From Dehalococcoidia bacterium (GTDB lineage Bacteria > Chloroflexota > Dehalococcoidia > Bin125): DNA of 64,000 nt. Shown here in pieces: positions 56,679 to 64,000 of this stretch; position 1 is the stretch's first letter; the number at the start of each line of letters is the position of its first letter. The DNA lies in the NCBI GenBank assembly GCA_963663235.2, contig CAXXNO010000009.1, positions 32,001-96,000 of the forward strand. Direction: 5' to 3'. The translations under genes were made by a program, and so were the position numbers. The notes beneath the pieces are model-generated. The model did no database searches. It had not been told where the DNA came from and worked only from the letters and a program-made list of their open reading frames with translations.

Positions 56679-57746
56679 TCAGCTGAGGGCGCCCCCGCAG
56701 CTGGAGCCCGCCCCCGCGGTGCAGCCGAAGCAGTGCGGCCCCACCGTGATCCGCCGGGCCGCGGCGGCGGCGAGATCGACGTCGAAAATTGTCTGGGGGG
56801 CGTCGTCCGCGCAAGCGATCTCCAGCATCTGGTTGAAGTCGCAGTCGTAGAGACGGCCGTCCCAGCCGACGGACAGCGTGGAGCGACACATCAAAGCGGG
56901 AACCGTGGCCGGATTGAACGACGCGACCAGGAGATGCAAGTAGTCCTCCAGGTTGCCGGAATCGTGGAGGTACTCCAGGAAGCGGCCGATCGGCATGTTG
57001 GTCAGCGTGTAGAGATCGTTGAAGGCGATGCCGTAGCGGCGATCCAACTCGCGCCGCCAGTCGCGCGCGGCCGCGGCCTGGTCCGGCGGGAGGAAGGCGC
57101 CCACCGGGTTGAGCACGAGATTCAGCACCAAGCCGCTGCCCTCGCGCCCGTACCCGAGCGCGTTCAGCCGTCGCAGGGCTGTGATACTGGCGTCGAAGAC
57201 ACCGGCGCCGCGCTGGGCGTCGGTCTGCTGTGCGAGGTAATACGGCAGCGAGGCCACCACCTCGACCTCTCGATCCGCCAGAAAGGCGGGGAGGTCGTCG
57301 TAGTTGGGCAACAGCAGAGCGGTGAGGTTGGCGCGATCGATGACGTGGCGCCCCAGGCCGCGCGCCCGCTCCACGATCTCCCGAAACTGCGGATGCAACT
57401 CCGGCGCCCCGCCGGTAATGTCCAGCGTCGGGATGTCGCTGCGGGCCAGGAGGTCCAAGCAGGCATCGACGACGTCGGAGGGCATCACCTCCGGCCGGTC
57501 CGGACCGGCATCGACATGGCAGTGACGGCAGGTCTGGTTACAGCGCTTGCCGACGTTGACCTGGAGCACGTCGATCGTCACCGCGCGGAGCGGGCCGTCG
57601 CCCGCGCGCGCGACGGCCTGGGCAAACGACCCCGCGATCGGGATCGCGTCCAGCGCCCGGCGCTGCACCGCGACGTCCGCGAGAGCGTGGCCGCGCCTAC
57701 GCAGCGATCCCGTCAGGGCCTGCGTGGCAGTGGGTGCGCCCGTCAC
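56679..57746 (-). CDS. arsS: Radical SAM / Cys-rich domain protein, ArsS (arsenosugar biosynthesis) type
   Basis: CNQTCRHCHV, DITGGAPE, ASLP, NMPIGRF, LMCR, YDCDFNQM, HCFGCTAGAGSSCGG. Confidence 0.88.
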   Translation of the reverse strand: MTGAPTATQALTGSLRRRGHALADVAVQRRALDAIPIAGSFAQAVARAGDGPLRAVTIDVLQVNVGKRCNQTCRHCHVDAGPDRPEVMPSDVVDACLDLLARSDIPTLDITGGAPELHPQFREIVERARGLGRHVIDRANLTALLLPNYDDLPAFLADREVEVVASLPYYLAQQTDAQRGAGVFDASITALRRLNALGYGREGSGLVLNLVLNPVGAFLPPDQAAAARDWRRELDRRYGIAFNDLYTLTNMPIGRFLEYLHDSGNLEDYLHLLVASFNPATVPALMCRSTLSVGWDGRLYDCDFNQMLEIACADDAPQTIFDVDLAAAAARRITVGPHCFGCTAGAGSSCGGALS

Positions 57747-58084
57747 ATCGACAGTTTCGCGACGTGGTCACGCATCTGGACGCCGTGCACCAGCGTCGAG
57801 CCGCCGGTGATCGCGGAGGCGACGTGCACCGCCTCGGTCATCTGCGCGATGTTGGAGCCCTTCTCCAAGGACGCCTGACTGTAAGCGTCGATGCAGTAGG
57901 GGCATTGCACCGCGTGCGCCACGCCCAAGGCGATGAGAGCCTTCTCGCGCGCGCTGAGAGCGCCCTCCTCGAACACGGCGCCGTACCAGGCGGAAAACTT
58001 TTCCCACAGATCGGGCGCCTCTTCCCCCATCTGCGCGAATTGCCCCAGCCCGTCCCGGCTGTAGTACGGGTGCTCGTTCGCCAT
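57743..58084 (-). CDS. AhpD/CMD-like peroxidase-like protein associated with ArsS
   Basis: REKALIALGVAHAVQCPYCIDAY..LVHGVQM. GGAGG RBS; stop overlaps the arsS start. Confidence 0.88.
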   Translation of the reverse strand: MANEHPYYSRDGLGQFAQMGEEAPDLWEKFSAWYGAVFEEGALSAREKALIALGVAHAVQCPYCIDAYSQASLEKGSNIAQMTEAVHVASAITGGSTLVHGVQMRDHVAKLSM

Positions 58085-58138
58085 CGCATGCCTCCTCCCA
58101 GCCACCGCCCGTGGATCGGCGCGGCCCGCCGGGAGATA

Positions 58139-59371
58139 TTACGCCTCAGCCTGCATGCCAGATCGCTGCGCCTCCCGGCCGCCGCCAGCGAGCGGCCAGG
58201 GCTCCACGGCCAGCGGATCCTCCGCCGCGGCGTCGCGCACGCGCAGGGCAACGCCCCCGCTGAGCGTCTTCTCCAGCAGATCGCCGCACAACTCCGCGCG
58301 CCAGCCCTGCAGCAAGGAGGGCATCGCCTCCGTCTTGGCGTCCGCCAGGCGCCAGGCGACGAGATCGCGCAAGGCGTGCGCGCTGCCCACCAAACCGGCA
58401 TCGACCTGCCGCTCGGCGCAAAGGGACTCCAGCACCGCCTCCAGCAAGAGCCCCAGCATGCGGCTCTGGGGCGGCGGCCGCCCGGGGCGGCGGCGGGCCG
58501 GCAGCTCCGACTCCGGCAGCCGCAGCGCCCGCTCGACGGCGGCCAGCAGGGCCTCCACGTCCCGGGCGCGGATACGCTCCGTGCCGCGCAGGCGTCGCAG
58601 ATCCTCGGGCGCGCGGGGCAGGGCCTGGGCGATTGCCGTGATGAGGTGGTCCGGCAGCACCCAGCCGCGCGGCAGGTCTCGGCTCTGCGCCGTCGTTTCG
58701 CGCCACTCTCCAATCTCCCGCACCACCGCGAGCGCCCGACGGCCGAAACCCTGGCTGCCGCCGACTCGCTCCCAGCGTGGCGCGCTCAAGTCCTTCTGCA
58801 CCGCTGCGAGGCGGCGCTCGGTCTCCTCCGTCAGCCAGCCGTCTCGCTTGAGCCGCGCAAGCCGCTCCCGCAGTCGCTCCCAGAGGGGGATGAGGTAGCG
58901 CACGTCTTCCAGGGCGTAAGACAGTTGCGCGTCCGCCAAGGGACGGCGCAGCCAATCGGTGCGCGCCTGCCCCTGCCGGGGACGGGCACGGACGACGCGC
59001 TCCACCAGGTTGGCGTAGGAAAGTGGATAGCGCTCACCAAGCAGGCCCGCGGCCAGTTGCACATCGAAGAGAGCGCCGGGCAGCGCGCCGGCGGCCGCCA
59101 GGCAGAAGCGGGTCTCCTGCTCACCGGCGTGCACCACGGTCGTGACCGTGGGATCGGCGACTAAGCGCCAGAGCGCGCTCAGGTCCGGCACGGCCAGCGG
59201 GTCGATGGCGACGATCCGCTCCGCGGTCGCCACCTGCACCAGGCCCAGTTGCGGGTGGTAGGTCCGCTCGGAGACGAACTCCGTGTCCAGAGCGAACAAC
59301 CCGGCGCGCGCGATGTCATCGCAGAGCCGGGAGACCGAGGCGGGATCGTCCAGGAGGGACAGATCGGTCAC
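58139..59371 (-). CDS. rnd: Ribonuclease D
   Basis: ALDTEF (ExoI), LVQVA, FDVQLAA, TDWLRRPL..YALEDV, HRDC region, GWR. Confidence 0.92.
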   Translation of the reverse strand: MTDLSLLDDPASVSRLCDDIARAGLFALDTEFVSERTYHPQLGLVQVATAERIVAIDPLAVPDLSALWRLVADPTVTTVVHAGEQETRFCLAAAGALPGALFDVQLAAGLLGERYPLSYANLVERVVRARPRQGQARTDWLRRPLADAQLSYALEDVRYLIPLWERLRERLARLKRDGWLTEETERRLAAVQKDLSAPRWERVGGSQGFGRRALAVVREIGEWRETTAQSRDLPRGWVLPDHLITAIAQALPRAPEDLRRLRGTERIRARDVEALLAAVERALRLPESELPARRRPGRPPPQSRMLGLLLEAVLESLCAERQVDAGLVGSAHALRDLVAWRLADAKTEAMPSLLQGWRAELCGDLLEKTLSGGVALRVRDAAAEDPLAVEPWPLAGGGREAQRSGMQAEA

Positions 59372-59377
59372 ACGTCC

Positions 59378-59383
59378 ATGCTA
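59378..59383 (-). promoter_or_regulatory. Putative -10 box (TAGCAT) for a leaderless rnd transcript
   Basis: TAGCAT lies 6 nt before the GTG start and no RBS is visible. Confidence 0.4.
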
Positions 59384-59441
59384 GCGCCGGTTCATCCAGC
59401 GCACGACGCGTGTCGGCCCGGCGCATCCCCATCGACGGTTC

Positions 59442-59778
59442 CGGCGGCGGCTGTGTGGGGGAAACGACCTCACCCCCTCACCCCCTCACCCCCTCTCCAT
59501 CGGCAAGCGATGGAGAGGGGGGACCGGAATGCCTGCGCCCGCCGCTGGTCAAGCTGGAGAACGTGCTGTGACGGAGCGCCGACCCGGGGTGCTGCTTTTG
59601 GAGAACGGCGGCGGCTCTGTGGGGGAAACGACCTCACCCCCTCACCCCCTCTCCATCGGCAAGCGATGGAGAGGGGGGACCGGAATGCCTGCGCCCGCCG
59701 CTGGCCAAGCTAGAGAACGTGCTGTGACGGAACGTCGACCCGGCGTGCTGCTTTTGGAGGACGGCGGCGGCTGTGTGG
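59442..59778. repeat. Tandem duplication (164 bp + 156 bp + 17 bp partial) containing a REP-like hairpin
   Basis: Units start at 59442, 59606 and 59762. Each full unit has (CTCACCCC)n and CCCCCTCTCCATCG-GCAAG-CGATGGAGAGGGGG. Confidence 0.9.
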
Positions 59779-59810
59779 TACGGTGAGAGCCGCTGCCGCC
59801 GGAGGGCAAG

Positions 59811-59927
59811 ATGAAAGTCCGTGCCTCGATCAAAAAGCGATCCAAGGACGACAAGATCGTCCGGCGTAAGGGTCGCGTGTACATCATCAACAAGAAGAAT
59901 CCCCGCAACAAGCAGCGACAGGGCTAG
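59811..59927 (+). CDS. rpmJ: 50S ribosomal protein L36, Cys-free form (not in ORF track)
   Basis: [46 protein letters not shown]. Confidence 0.95.
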   Translation: MKVRASIKKRSKDDKIVRRKGRVYIINKKNPRNKQRQG

Positions 59928-59948
59928 CGTCCCAACGGCCGACAAGGG

Positions 59949-60887
59949 ATGAACCCAACCCGCCACGCCCTGCTCTGGCTCGCGGCCAAGCCGGCCGTCG
60001 GAAGCTGGCTGGAGCGGAGCCCGCTGTGCGAGCGGCTCATCCGCCGCTTCGTCGCCGGCCGAACCAGCGCCGAAGCCCTCGCCGCGGCCGCTCCCTTGGT
60101 CGCGCAGGGATACGGGGTCACCTTTTCCTACCTCGGTGAAGACGTAGCGACCGAGGCAGAGGCCGAGGAAGCGGTCGAGGAGTATCTGGCCCTGATCGCC
60201 GCGGTCGGCGCAGCCAGCGTCGCGAAGAGGACGAAGATCGCGGTGAAGCCGTCGCTGATCGGGCTCCAGCTCGCGCCGGCCGCCGCGTTGCGCAACCTCG
60301 AGCGCATCCTCGTGGCGACGGCCCAGCATGAAATGTCCGTGGAGCTGGACATGGAGCGCTCGGCCTTCGTGGATAGCACGCTGACGTTGTACCGCGCCGC
60401 GCGCGAGCATCACGCGACCCTCGGTGTTGCGTTGCAGGCTTCCCTGCGCCGCACGGAGGCCGACCTGCAGGCGCTCCTGGACGAACAGATCGCGAACGTG
60501 CGCCTGGTCAAGGGGGCCTACGATGAGCCCGCGAGCGTGGCGTATCGCTCGCGGGCGGCGATCGAGCGGGCCTACCAGCGCCTCCTACGCGCCATGCTCT
60601 CGTCCCAAGGCACCTCGGCGGGGGCGTTCACGGCGGTCGCCACGCACGACCTGCGGCTCATCGCGACCGCGCGCACGCTCTCGTTTCGGCAGCGGATCGC
60701 GCCGGACCGCTGGGAGGTGCAGATGCTGTACGGCGTGCGGCGTCCGCTGCAAGAGCGCCTGCGGCGCGACGGCTACCCCATGCGAGTCTACCTCCCCTAC
60801 GGGGAGCGCTGGTACCCCTACTTCGTCCGCCGGTTGGCGGAGCGCCCCGCCAACCTCTGGTTCGCGCTGCGGCAGCTGTTGCCCTAG
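59949..60887 (+). CDS. Proline dehydrogenase (monofunctional)
   Basis: RFVAG, LGE, LDME, VRLVKGAY, ATHD, QMLYG, RVYLPYG, YFVRRLAERP. Confidence 0.93.
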   Translation: MNPTRHALLWLAAKPAVGSWLERSPLCERLIRRFVAGRTSAEALAAAAPLVAQGYGVTFSYLGEDVATEAEAEEAVEEYLALIAAVGAASVAKRTKIAVKPSLIGLQLAPAAALRNLERILVATAQHEMSVELDMERSAFVDSTLTLYRAAREHHATLGVALQASLRRTEADLQALLDEQIANVRLVKGAYDEPASVAYRSRAAIERAYQRLLRAMLSSQGTSAGAFTAVATHDLRLIATARTLSFRQRIAPDRWEVQMLYGVRRPLQERLRRDGYPMRVYLPYGERWYPYFVRRLAERPANLWFALRQLLP

Positions 60888-61130
60888 CGCCCTGCCATAA
60901 CGCCCGGGACGCGCCCCGCCCTCAGGGAAATCCCGGAGACCGCAGGGGTCGTAGTGGAGCGTGGTCGCCGTGATGGGGCCATTTACCGATGCGCCGGCAC
61001 CGCGTCCCGCACCTACGCTGAACTCCAGTGCAAGAGAACGGCGGCCCGCGCATCGCGAAGAGCGCGGGTCCCGGTCACGACATCGAGTCCGGCCAGGCCG
61101 GCGGACCGGCAGCAGAAAAGGAGCAGTGGG

Positions 61131-61646
61131 ATGACCGACCTCAGCAGCGCGAACGAAGGCGAGCGCCACGACCCAGACGAGAGCGCCGGTACGGAACAGC
61201 TCGTCGTCATGCGGCTGGCGAACGAGGACTACGGCGTGGACATCACCACCGTCCGCGAGATCATCCGCATGCAGAAGATCACCGACGTGCCGCAGGCGCC
61301 GACCTATGTGGAAGGCATCATTAACTTGCGGGGCTCGGTGATCCCCGTCGTGGATCTGCGCAAGCGCTTCGGGCTATCCGCCGCCGAGGAATCGGCCGAT
61401 ACGCGGATCGTGGTGGTGGACGTCAAGGATCACACCGTGGGGCTCGTGGTGGACGGCGTGTCCGAGGTAATCTCCGTACCGGCGAACTCGATCGAGCCGG
61501 TGGGGAACTTCGCCGGCGGCTCCATGGCCAACGACCTGCGCGGCATCGTGAACCTGAGCGAGAAGATGATCATCCTGATCAACCTGGAGACGATGCTCGA
61601 CGCGATCGCCGGCACGGAACTGGAAGAGGCCGTTCGCGTCTCCTGA
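61131..61646 (+). CDS. cheW: Chemotaxis protein CheW
   Basis: YGVDITTVREII, VPQAP, GIINLRGSVIPVVDLRKRF, GLVVDGVSEV. AAAGGAG RBS before ATG 61131. Confidence 0.93.
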   Translation: MTDLSSANEGERHDPDESAGTEQLVVMRLANEDYGVDITTVREIIRMQKITDVPQAPTYVEGIINLRGSVIPVVDLRKRFGLSAAEESADTRIVVVDVKDHTVGLVVDGVSEVISVPANSIEPVGNFAGGSMANDLRGIVNLSEKMIILINLETMLDAIAGTELEEAVRVS

Positions 61647-61738
61647 CAGCGACTGCCGGCCCGCGCCCCTTGGCCGCGCCTGCGCTATTCTGAGCCGCAG
61701 ATTCACAGCCATCGGCGGCTCAGAGCAGGGAGAGGCGC

Positions 61739-62224
61739 GTGAGCGAAGCGGCCGCTGCGGACCGGGGTCCAGGCGTTACCCCTAACGAGACCGGCGAGCC
61801 CGACTGGCTGGAGTCGCTGGAATACATTCGCCAGACCTACGAGTTCATCGCCGGGAAGGCGCTCTTCGGCGCACATCTGGACGCGGTGGAGCGGGGTCGC
61901 GCTGTTTTCAAGCTGCCGATCTCGCCCATGCTGGGCGGGGGCGTGGCCGGCGGGGTGCACGGCGGCGTGCTGTCCGCTCTGGCGGACATCGCCGTCGTTT
62001 CCGCGGTGCGCACGGTCTGCGTCCAGGGAGACGTGATGCGCGGCACCGCCGAACTGAACATCTCCTACCTGCGCCCGGCGATCGGGCGGGAGTTAACGGT
62101 GACCGGCAGCATTCTGAAGAAGGGCAGCAGCCTGGCGGTCGGCGATGCCGAGATCCACAACGACGAGGGCAAGCTGATCGCCAAGGCGCGCGTCACCTAC
62201 GTGCTGGGGCAGGACGGAGGCTAG
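61739..62224 (+). CDS. PaaI family thioesterase
   Basis: VHGGVLSALAD, TAELNISYLRP. Confidence 0.88.
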   Translation: MSEAAAADRGPGVTPNETGEPDWLESLEYIRQTYEFIAGKALFGAHLDAVERGRAVFKLPISPMLGGGVAGGVHGGVLSALADIAVVSAVRTVCVQGDVMRGTAELNISYLRPAIGRELTVTGSILKKGSSLAVGDAEIHNDEGKLIAKARVTYVLGQDGG

Positions 62225-62234
62225 CGGCACCCCC

Positions 62235-62906
62235 TCACTGCACAGTCTGCGACGCCAGCGACTGCTTGGCGGCGAACAGTTGCAGATCCTGCGCTCCCCG
62301 CAGCCCAAGCTTCTTCACAATATTCGCCTTGTGCTGCGCCACTGTCTTGGGACTGATCACCAGTCCGCCGGCGATATCCCGCGTGCTCTGGCCCTCGCCG
62401 ATCAACTGGATGACCTCCCGCTCGCGGCTGCTCAGCAGCGCCAGGTCATCCTGGCGGTCGAGATCGCTCCGCACCGCCAGCGACACCAGGAGCGGCCCCG
62501 CCAGTTCGGGACTGATGTAGGTCTCGCCCCGCGCCACAGCCCGGATCGCCCGTTCCAGCTCCGCCAGGTCGGCGGCCTTCGATACCAGGCCGACCGCGCC
62601 GGCCCGCAGGACATCGAACACGGTCTCCACCCGCGCCGCCGCGGTCAGCACCACAATGCGCGTCTGCGGGCATTCGCGCTGGATGCGCCGGGTCGCCTCC
62701 AGGCCGTCCAGCAGCGGCATCACGATGTCCATCAAGACAACGTCCGGCCGGATCTCAACGACGGCCTCCACCGCCTGGCGCCCGTTCGCCGCCTGGCCCG
62801 CTACCCGGACACCGTCCATGGACTCCAGCGCGATGGCCATGACGCCGCGCAAGAGGCCGTGATCATCGACGATGAAGACCGAGATCTCTTCGGTGGCGGT
62901 GGTCAT
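62235..62906 (-). CDS. NarL/LuxR family response regulator
   Basis: IVDDH, PDVVLMDIVMP, LSSREREVI, ISPKTV..HKANIVKKLG. Confidence 0.93.
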   Translation of the reverse strand: MTTATEEISVFIVDDHGLLRGVMAIALESMDGVRVAGQAANGRQAVEAVVEIRPDVVLMDIVMPLLDGLEATRRIQRECPQTRIVVLTAAARVETVFDVLRAGAVGLVSKAADLAELERAIRAVARGETYISPELAGPLLVSLAVRSDLDRQDDLALLSSREREVIQLIGEGQSTRDIAGGLVISPKTVAQHKANIVKKLGLRGAQDLQLFAAKQSLASQTVQ

Positions 62907-63044
62907 GGGCAGCTCCCGCGGGGCCGGAGTTCCTAGGACACCGGCTGAACGAGCCTAGGACAGGGATCATCACCGCCACGTCTTAGGACGGGGCGCGTCG
63001 ATCACGGATCGATCACATGACGGCGGGGGCCGGCGACCCGGAGC

Positions 63045-63751
63045 CTAGGGCGTCCCGGCACCAAGGGTGTAGCCAACTCGGTTGACCGTGACCACGAAGC
63101 GGGCTCCTTGGGATTGGGCTCCAGCTTCCGCCGCAGCCGCCACACGGCCGTGCGCAGGAGGCCGAAGTCATCGACGTAGGCGGGCCCCCAGACGGCGCGA
63201 AGCAAATCGGCCGGCATCAGAACAGCGCCGGCATGCCGGATCAGCTCGGCCAGGAGCCCAAACTCCGTAGGCGTCAACACAACCGGCCGGTTATCGACCA
63301 GCACACGATGCTTGGCGAAGTCAACGGTGAGGCCATCCAGCCGGAACGGCTGGGACGGCGGGGCCGGGTGGTCCGCCGCCCGGCGGAGATTGGCGCGCAC
63401 GCGCGCGATCAATTCCCGCATGCCGAAGGGCTTGATGACGTAGTCATCGGCGCCGAGGTCCAGGCCGCGGACGCGGGAATCTTCGCTGTCCCGCGCGGTC
63501 AGCATGATGATGGGGACGTCGGAGAACTCGCGCACCAGGTGCACCACGTCGAAGCCGTCGAGGTCCGGCAGCATGAGGTCCAGGAGCATGCAGTCCGGCG
63601 CGCTGTCGCGCGCGCGGGCGATGGCCTGGCCGCCGTCGGCCGCTTCCACCACCCGCCAGCCGATCCGTTCCATCTCCATGCGCACGTACCGGCGGATGCG
63701 CGGCTGGTCATCCACGACGAGGATGGTGATGTCCTTGGCTGCGTTCACCAT
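63045..63751 (-). pseudogene. OmpR/KdpE-type response regulator with a 1-bp frameshift near the C-terminus (real or sequencing error)
   Basis: VVDD, LDLMLP, GADDYVIKPF, LTPTEF, RLRRKLEPNPKEP. The expected tail RFVVTVNRVGYTLG continues in another frame from about 63100 to TAG at 63045. Confidence 0.75.
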
Positions 63752-63912
63752 GCAAGTCCCGCGAGCCGTGCTGGAAGGAGGCGACAACCGCGGATGGGTC
63801 CATCCGGCAGGCTCAGTTTGCCCCGTCCATCGCCGTCCCGGCGCCGATAGGCATCACCGGCCCCGACAGCCGTCCCGCATCTATCCTGCGAGAAGCACGG
63901 TACCGTTTGCAA

Positions 63913-64000
63913 GGGCCGCTGTCGCGGCGGTTTTGCACGGGCCGCTGTCGCGGCGGTTTTGCACGGGCCGCTGTCGCGGCGGTTTTGCACGGGCCGCTGT
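63913..64000. repeat. Perfect 26-bp tandem repeat, three full copies plus a partial one, running off the window
   Basis: GGGCCGCTGTCGCGGCGGTTTTGCAC at 63913, 63939, 63965 and 63991 (partial). Confidence 0.95.

Noticed and set aside
56690-56710. Selenocysteine in the ArsS C-terminal motif
   Set aside because: The codon is TGC (Cys), not TGA.
59442-59778. CRISPR array or insertion sequence
   Set aside because: Only two long units with near-identical intervening sequence; no transposase or terminal inverted repeats.
60888-61130. c-di-GMP riboswitch or sigma-28 promoter before cheW
   Set aside because: Neither the GGCAAAC/GACGCAAAG core nor TAAA-N15-GCCGATAA is present.
63913-64000. CRISPR array or sigma-54 promoter
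   Set aside because: Units are contiguous with no spacers and no cas genes are in the window. The TTGCA lacks a GG at the -24 spacing.

Overview
High-GC bacterial chromosomal window. The gene content (six luciferase-like monooxygenases, four amidase-signature enzymes, SnoaL/NTF2 proteins, Tat-lipoprotein solute-binding proteins with a 'GCGDDDDE' leader) suggests Chloroflexota/Dehalococcoidia, which is an inference. It contains an alpha-glucoside ABC transporter with GH15, a ROK kinase and a pentose-phosphate cluster (zwf, gnd, tal-pgi, rpiB, tkt). It also has a cobalt-type nitrile hydratase operon, a MetE-like/OsmC/rhodanese operon, pncA-pncB, an ArsS radical SAM/AhpD pair, rnd, proline dehydrogenase, cheW and two response regulators. 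Highlights: (1) the nitrile hydratase activator is fused to a Cys-rich domain resembling the N-terminal domain of some CobN cobaltochelatases and is translationally coupled to an unknown His/Cys protein, a candidate new cobalt-delivery system; (2) an AhpC/TSA-type selenoprotein (UxxC, in-frame TGA plus SECIS-like hairpin) is truncated in the ORF track; (3) two small genes are absent from the track, a 39-aa Zn-ribbon-like ORF and a Zn-free L36; (4) there are several repeats and two apparently damaged genes. No rRNA, tRNA, CRISPR array or transposase was recognised.
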